A stretch of 64,000 nt of DNA from Candidatus Poribacteria bacterium (lineage in GTDB: Bacteria; Poribacteria; WGA-4E; UBA9662): assembly GCA_046582655.1 (NCBI GenBank), contig JAYGDX010000073.1:40561-104560 (forward strand). The letters run 5' to 3'. A model generated the notes under the pieces. That model saw only the letters and a program-made list of their open reading frames with translations, was not told where the DNA came from and did no database searches. Positions 61,625 through 64,000 of this stretch are shown piece after piece. The translations under genes were made by a program, and so were the position numbers. How positions within the stretch are numbered: position 1 is the stretch's first letter; every line of letters begins with the position of its first letter.

Positions 61625-61853
61625 ATTCGGCAGTGAACTATTCTAGCTTATTATACCAGTTAAGTAGTGATACAATCTAGTAGTAATATCTATAACCAGC
61701 ATAGTTCGGTTAACAGAGTTTGTCTTACATTTGGGTGCGTGATTTTGAAGAATATCTCTTTCCAATATTCAGAATCTGTTTAAATCTCCCGGAATTTTTT
61801 TATCTGTATTTCAAGTTTTGTTTGTGAAGATTATAACTGTCTAGTTTGAATAA

Positions 61854-62095
61854 TAGATCTCTTGTATTGAAAGAGAGGCATGTTAGAATTGAAGAATGAA
61901 ATACCAACAGATAAAAGATCGATCCGAGTCAGATTTTAAACAGTTAACAGGAGTTAGGGGTGATGTTTTTCTCTAAATGTTGCAAACTTTGTTCTCTTCA
62001 GCCAAAAAGGGAAGGCCAACCAAGCTTAAATTGTACCAACCAACTGCTGCTGACATTGAGGTATTGGAGGGAATCTCAAACCCAGTCCCAAGAGG
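61854..62095 (+). mobile_element. IS5-family (ISL2-like) remnant: left end plus decayed transposase N-terminus
   Basis: From ATG 61896: MKYQQIKDRSESDFKQLTGV...*ML...GRPTKL...(shift)QLLLTLRYWRE; preceded by TAGATCTCTTGTA, resembling TAGACCTCTTGCA-type ends. Confidence 0.7.
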
Positions 62096-62113
62096 TGGGA
62101 ATTATGCCTACTC

Positions 62114-62293
62114 ATGGAAGAAGCTGGAGATACAATTCTTGATCCTATGATGGGCAGTGGAACTACTGGCGTATCTGCAAATCAAATGAATAGAAAATTT
62201 ATTGGCATTGAAAAAGAAAAACGGACATTTGATATTGCAACAGCAAGAATAAATGAAATAGATTCTAGAAAATATGTGGAAGACTATGGATAG
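62114..62293 (+). pseudogene. C-terminal fragment of beta-class N6A/N4C DNA methyltransferase
   Basis: GDTILDPMMGSGTTG......RKFIGIE...A..RI (motif I region); catalytic DPPY/SPPY half absent. Confidence 0.75.
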
Positions 62294-62438
62294 CAAATGA
62301 GGCCTTGAACAAAACTTCTCAATCAAATAAAAGTTGATTATGGGATAATATATTGTGTGTAATTCACTTAATTAAATATGTATAGTCGACAAATGTAGCT
62401 TAGTCGTGATTTAGGAAATTTTAAGGAGGGGTTTTTCA

Positions 62439-63230
62439 GTGAAAAAAACTACTGTTTTTTCTATCGTTTTTGTTGCTTTATTTATGTTTTTGGGTCAGGT
62501 GAGCTTGGCGAAGGTTAATTCAGAACTATGGTAGCCGTTTGGCTTTTTGATGAAGGGAAGGGAAACGTTGTTGTGGATTCAACCAGTAATGGTCATGATG
62601 GGAAAATTGAAGGTGCTAAATGGGTAAAAGGACGTTTTGGTAAGGCGCTGAAGTTTGATGGGACTGACGATTGGGTTTCGGTTCCTCACTCAAAAAACCT
62701 CGGGTTTGCTGCTGGACAGTCCTTTTCTATGACTGTTCATTATATAAGGGCGTAAGATAGGCGGTTCATTGTTTAATAAGAATTACGAAGCTAAAGTTCA
62801 AGCCGTGCCTTGGTATATGCTTTGGAATGATGGAAATAATGATAAGGTGACCTTTTTTTTAAGGGATGACGCGAAAGCAAGTTTTCGTGCTGAGTGCACA
62901 TCCATTATTGCAGATGACAAATGGCATTTTGTCGTAGGTGTGGCGGATGCTTCTAAGGGAAAAAGTTCAATTTGGATAGATGGCAAAAAAGAGGCTGAAG
63001 CTGATTTCAACAAGAACAGTGGTTATGGAACTAGTGAAGGTATAGTCGCTTTCGGACGTCACTGGACTAGGTGGACCAAAGGCATTATTGACGATGTGGG
63101 CTTATTTAATGTGGCTTTGACTGCAGACGATATAAAAACGATTATGGATGCTGGCTTAGGAGGAGTTTCTACGGCAGTTTCCACCCGAAATAAACTTGCT
63201 ATAACCTGGGGAGAAATCAGGAAAAGGTAA
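62439..63230 (+). pseudogene. secreted LamG-domain protein with KLxxTW tail, two frameshifts
   Basis: AGGAGG plus GTG start and signal peptide; shifts near 62525 and 62745 join WLFDEG..G..GKALKFDG, WHFVVG, G.IDDV.LFN.AL and tail AVSTRNKLAITWGEIRKR. Confidence 0.8.
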
Positions 63231-63617
63231 GTTGGATACTACAGTTCCTGCTTTTTTCGTCCAGTAGATGTTTGGAAGAAGCAATCGTGGATCTTGGGAT
63301 CCAAGTTAAATTTGATGGTTTGGGTTCGCAGTAGATAAATGTTGACGTTATTGTTTCCGTTACTGGGGCGTATGAAGTGTATGTTTATGATTGAGGCCCG
63401 TTGAATGGCCGACAAACGTAGCCTAATCATGATTTAGGCCATTTCAAGGGGGGGGTTGTGTCAATGAAGAAAATGACTGTTTTTTCGACACTGTTCACTG
63501 ACGATTCCACAAAAACGAGATATGAGTTTGTCTAAGACGTTGTAAATATTGAAGTAAAGACAGGGTTCCCGCCGATAGAAAAGATGACTAAACCAGCTAT
63601 CGGCGAAAGGGAACCCT

Positions 63618-64000
63618 ATGAGATATAGAGAATTTATCGGAGCAAACGATGATGTGATTGAACATCGTTCGATCAAGCCCAAATTTTATCCCTGCCCTCA
63701 ATGTGGCAAAAAAGGGAGACGAAAGCGTGTCATTCATCGCCAAATCTCTCATGTTTCGGCACTCCATCGACGTTCTGGGATTTTGGCCGAAGTCGGAGTG
63801 TACCAATCACGTTGCCGTTGCTGCCAGTATTTTCAGTCTCCGATTCCAGAAGTTCCCTACAAAGGGCAATATTCTTATGAAGTCCGCAATACGGTAGCCA
63901 ATGCCCTGATCCGAGACCGACAGCCTTATCGTCTGGTGGTGGAAAGAATGCCAGAAGACTACCGATTACAATTATCGTTAGGTTATCTTCACCAATGTTT
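63618..64000 (+). mobile_element. transposase N-terminus with zinc finger (ISL3-like?), runs off the window; absent from ORF track
   Basis: MRYREF...CPQCGKKG...RCRCCQYF...YSYEVRNTVANALIRDR.PY...LSLG; frame open to window edge. Confidence 0.6.

Noticed and set aside
918..63897. Numerous short track ORFs antisense to or nested in the called genes
   Set aside because: Shadow frames with no motifs, overlapping well-supported genes

Overview
Bacterial chromosomal window, most consistent with Candidatus Poribacteria. This is inferred from four PhyH dioxygenases, orphan EutN/CcmL genes, and secreted LamG-like proteins ending in a KLxxTW[GS]x[IV][KR] tail. The left ~15 kb is an accessory catabolic region (peptide ABC binding protein, MlrC, PhyH x3, amidohydrolases x3, RraA, MFS, lactonase) with several decayed gene fragments. 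The 15-56 kb core holds dusB, trmFO, a PolX with an altered polymerase active site, a rhomboid protease, two BMC vertex genes behind an NtrBC-like sigma54 pair, hisH, ribD/E/BA/H, a K+ channel, selA, iscA, a GT2 plus flippase, apt, tRNA-Arg(CCT), secDF, a SPOR protein with a sensorless kinase and sigma54 regulator, and an ABC exporter with an outer-membrane barrel. The ORF track misses a 121-aa ArsC-like selenoprotein (UxxC, in-frame UGA plus SECIS-like hairpin) translationally coupled to selA. The right end has an LRR protein, an oxidative sugar/lactone cluster, pseudogenes, an IS5 remnant abutting a DNA methyltransferase fragment, and a partial transposase. All calls come from motif reading; no searches were run.
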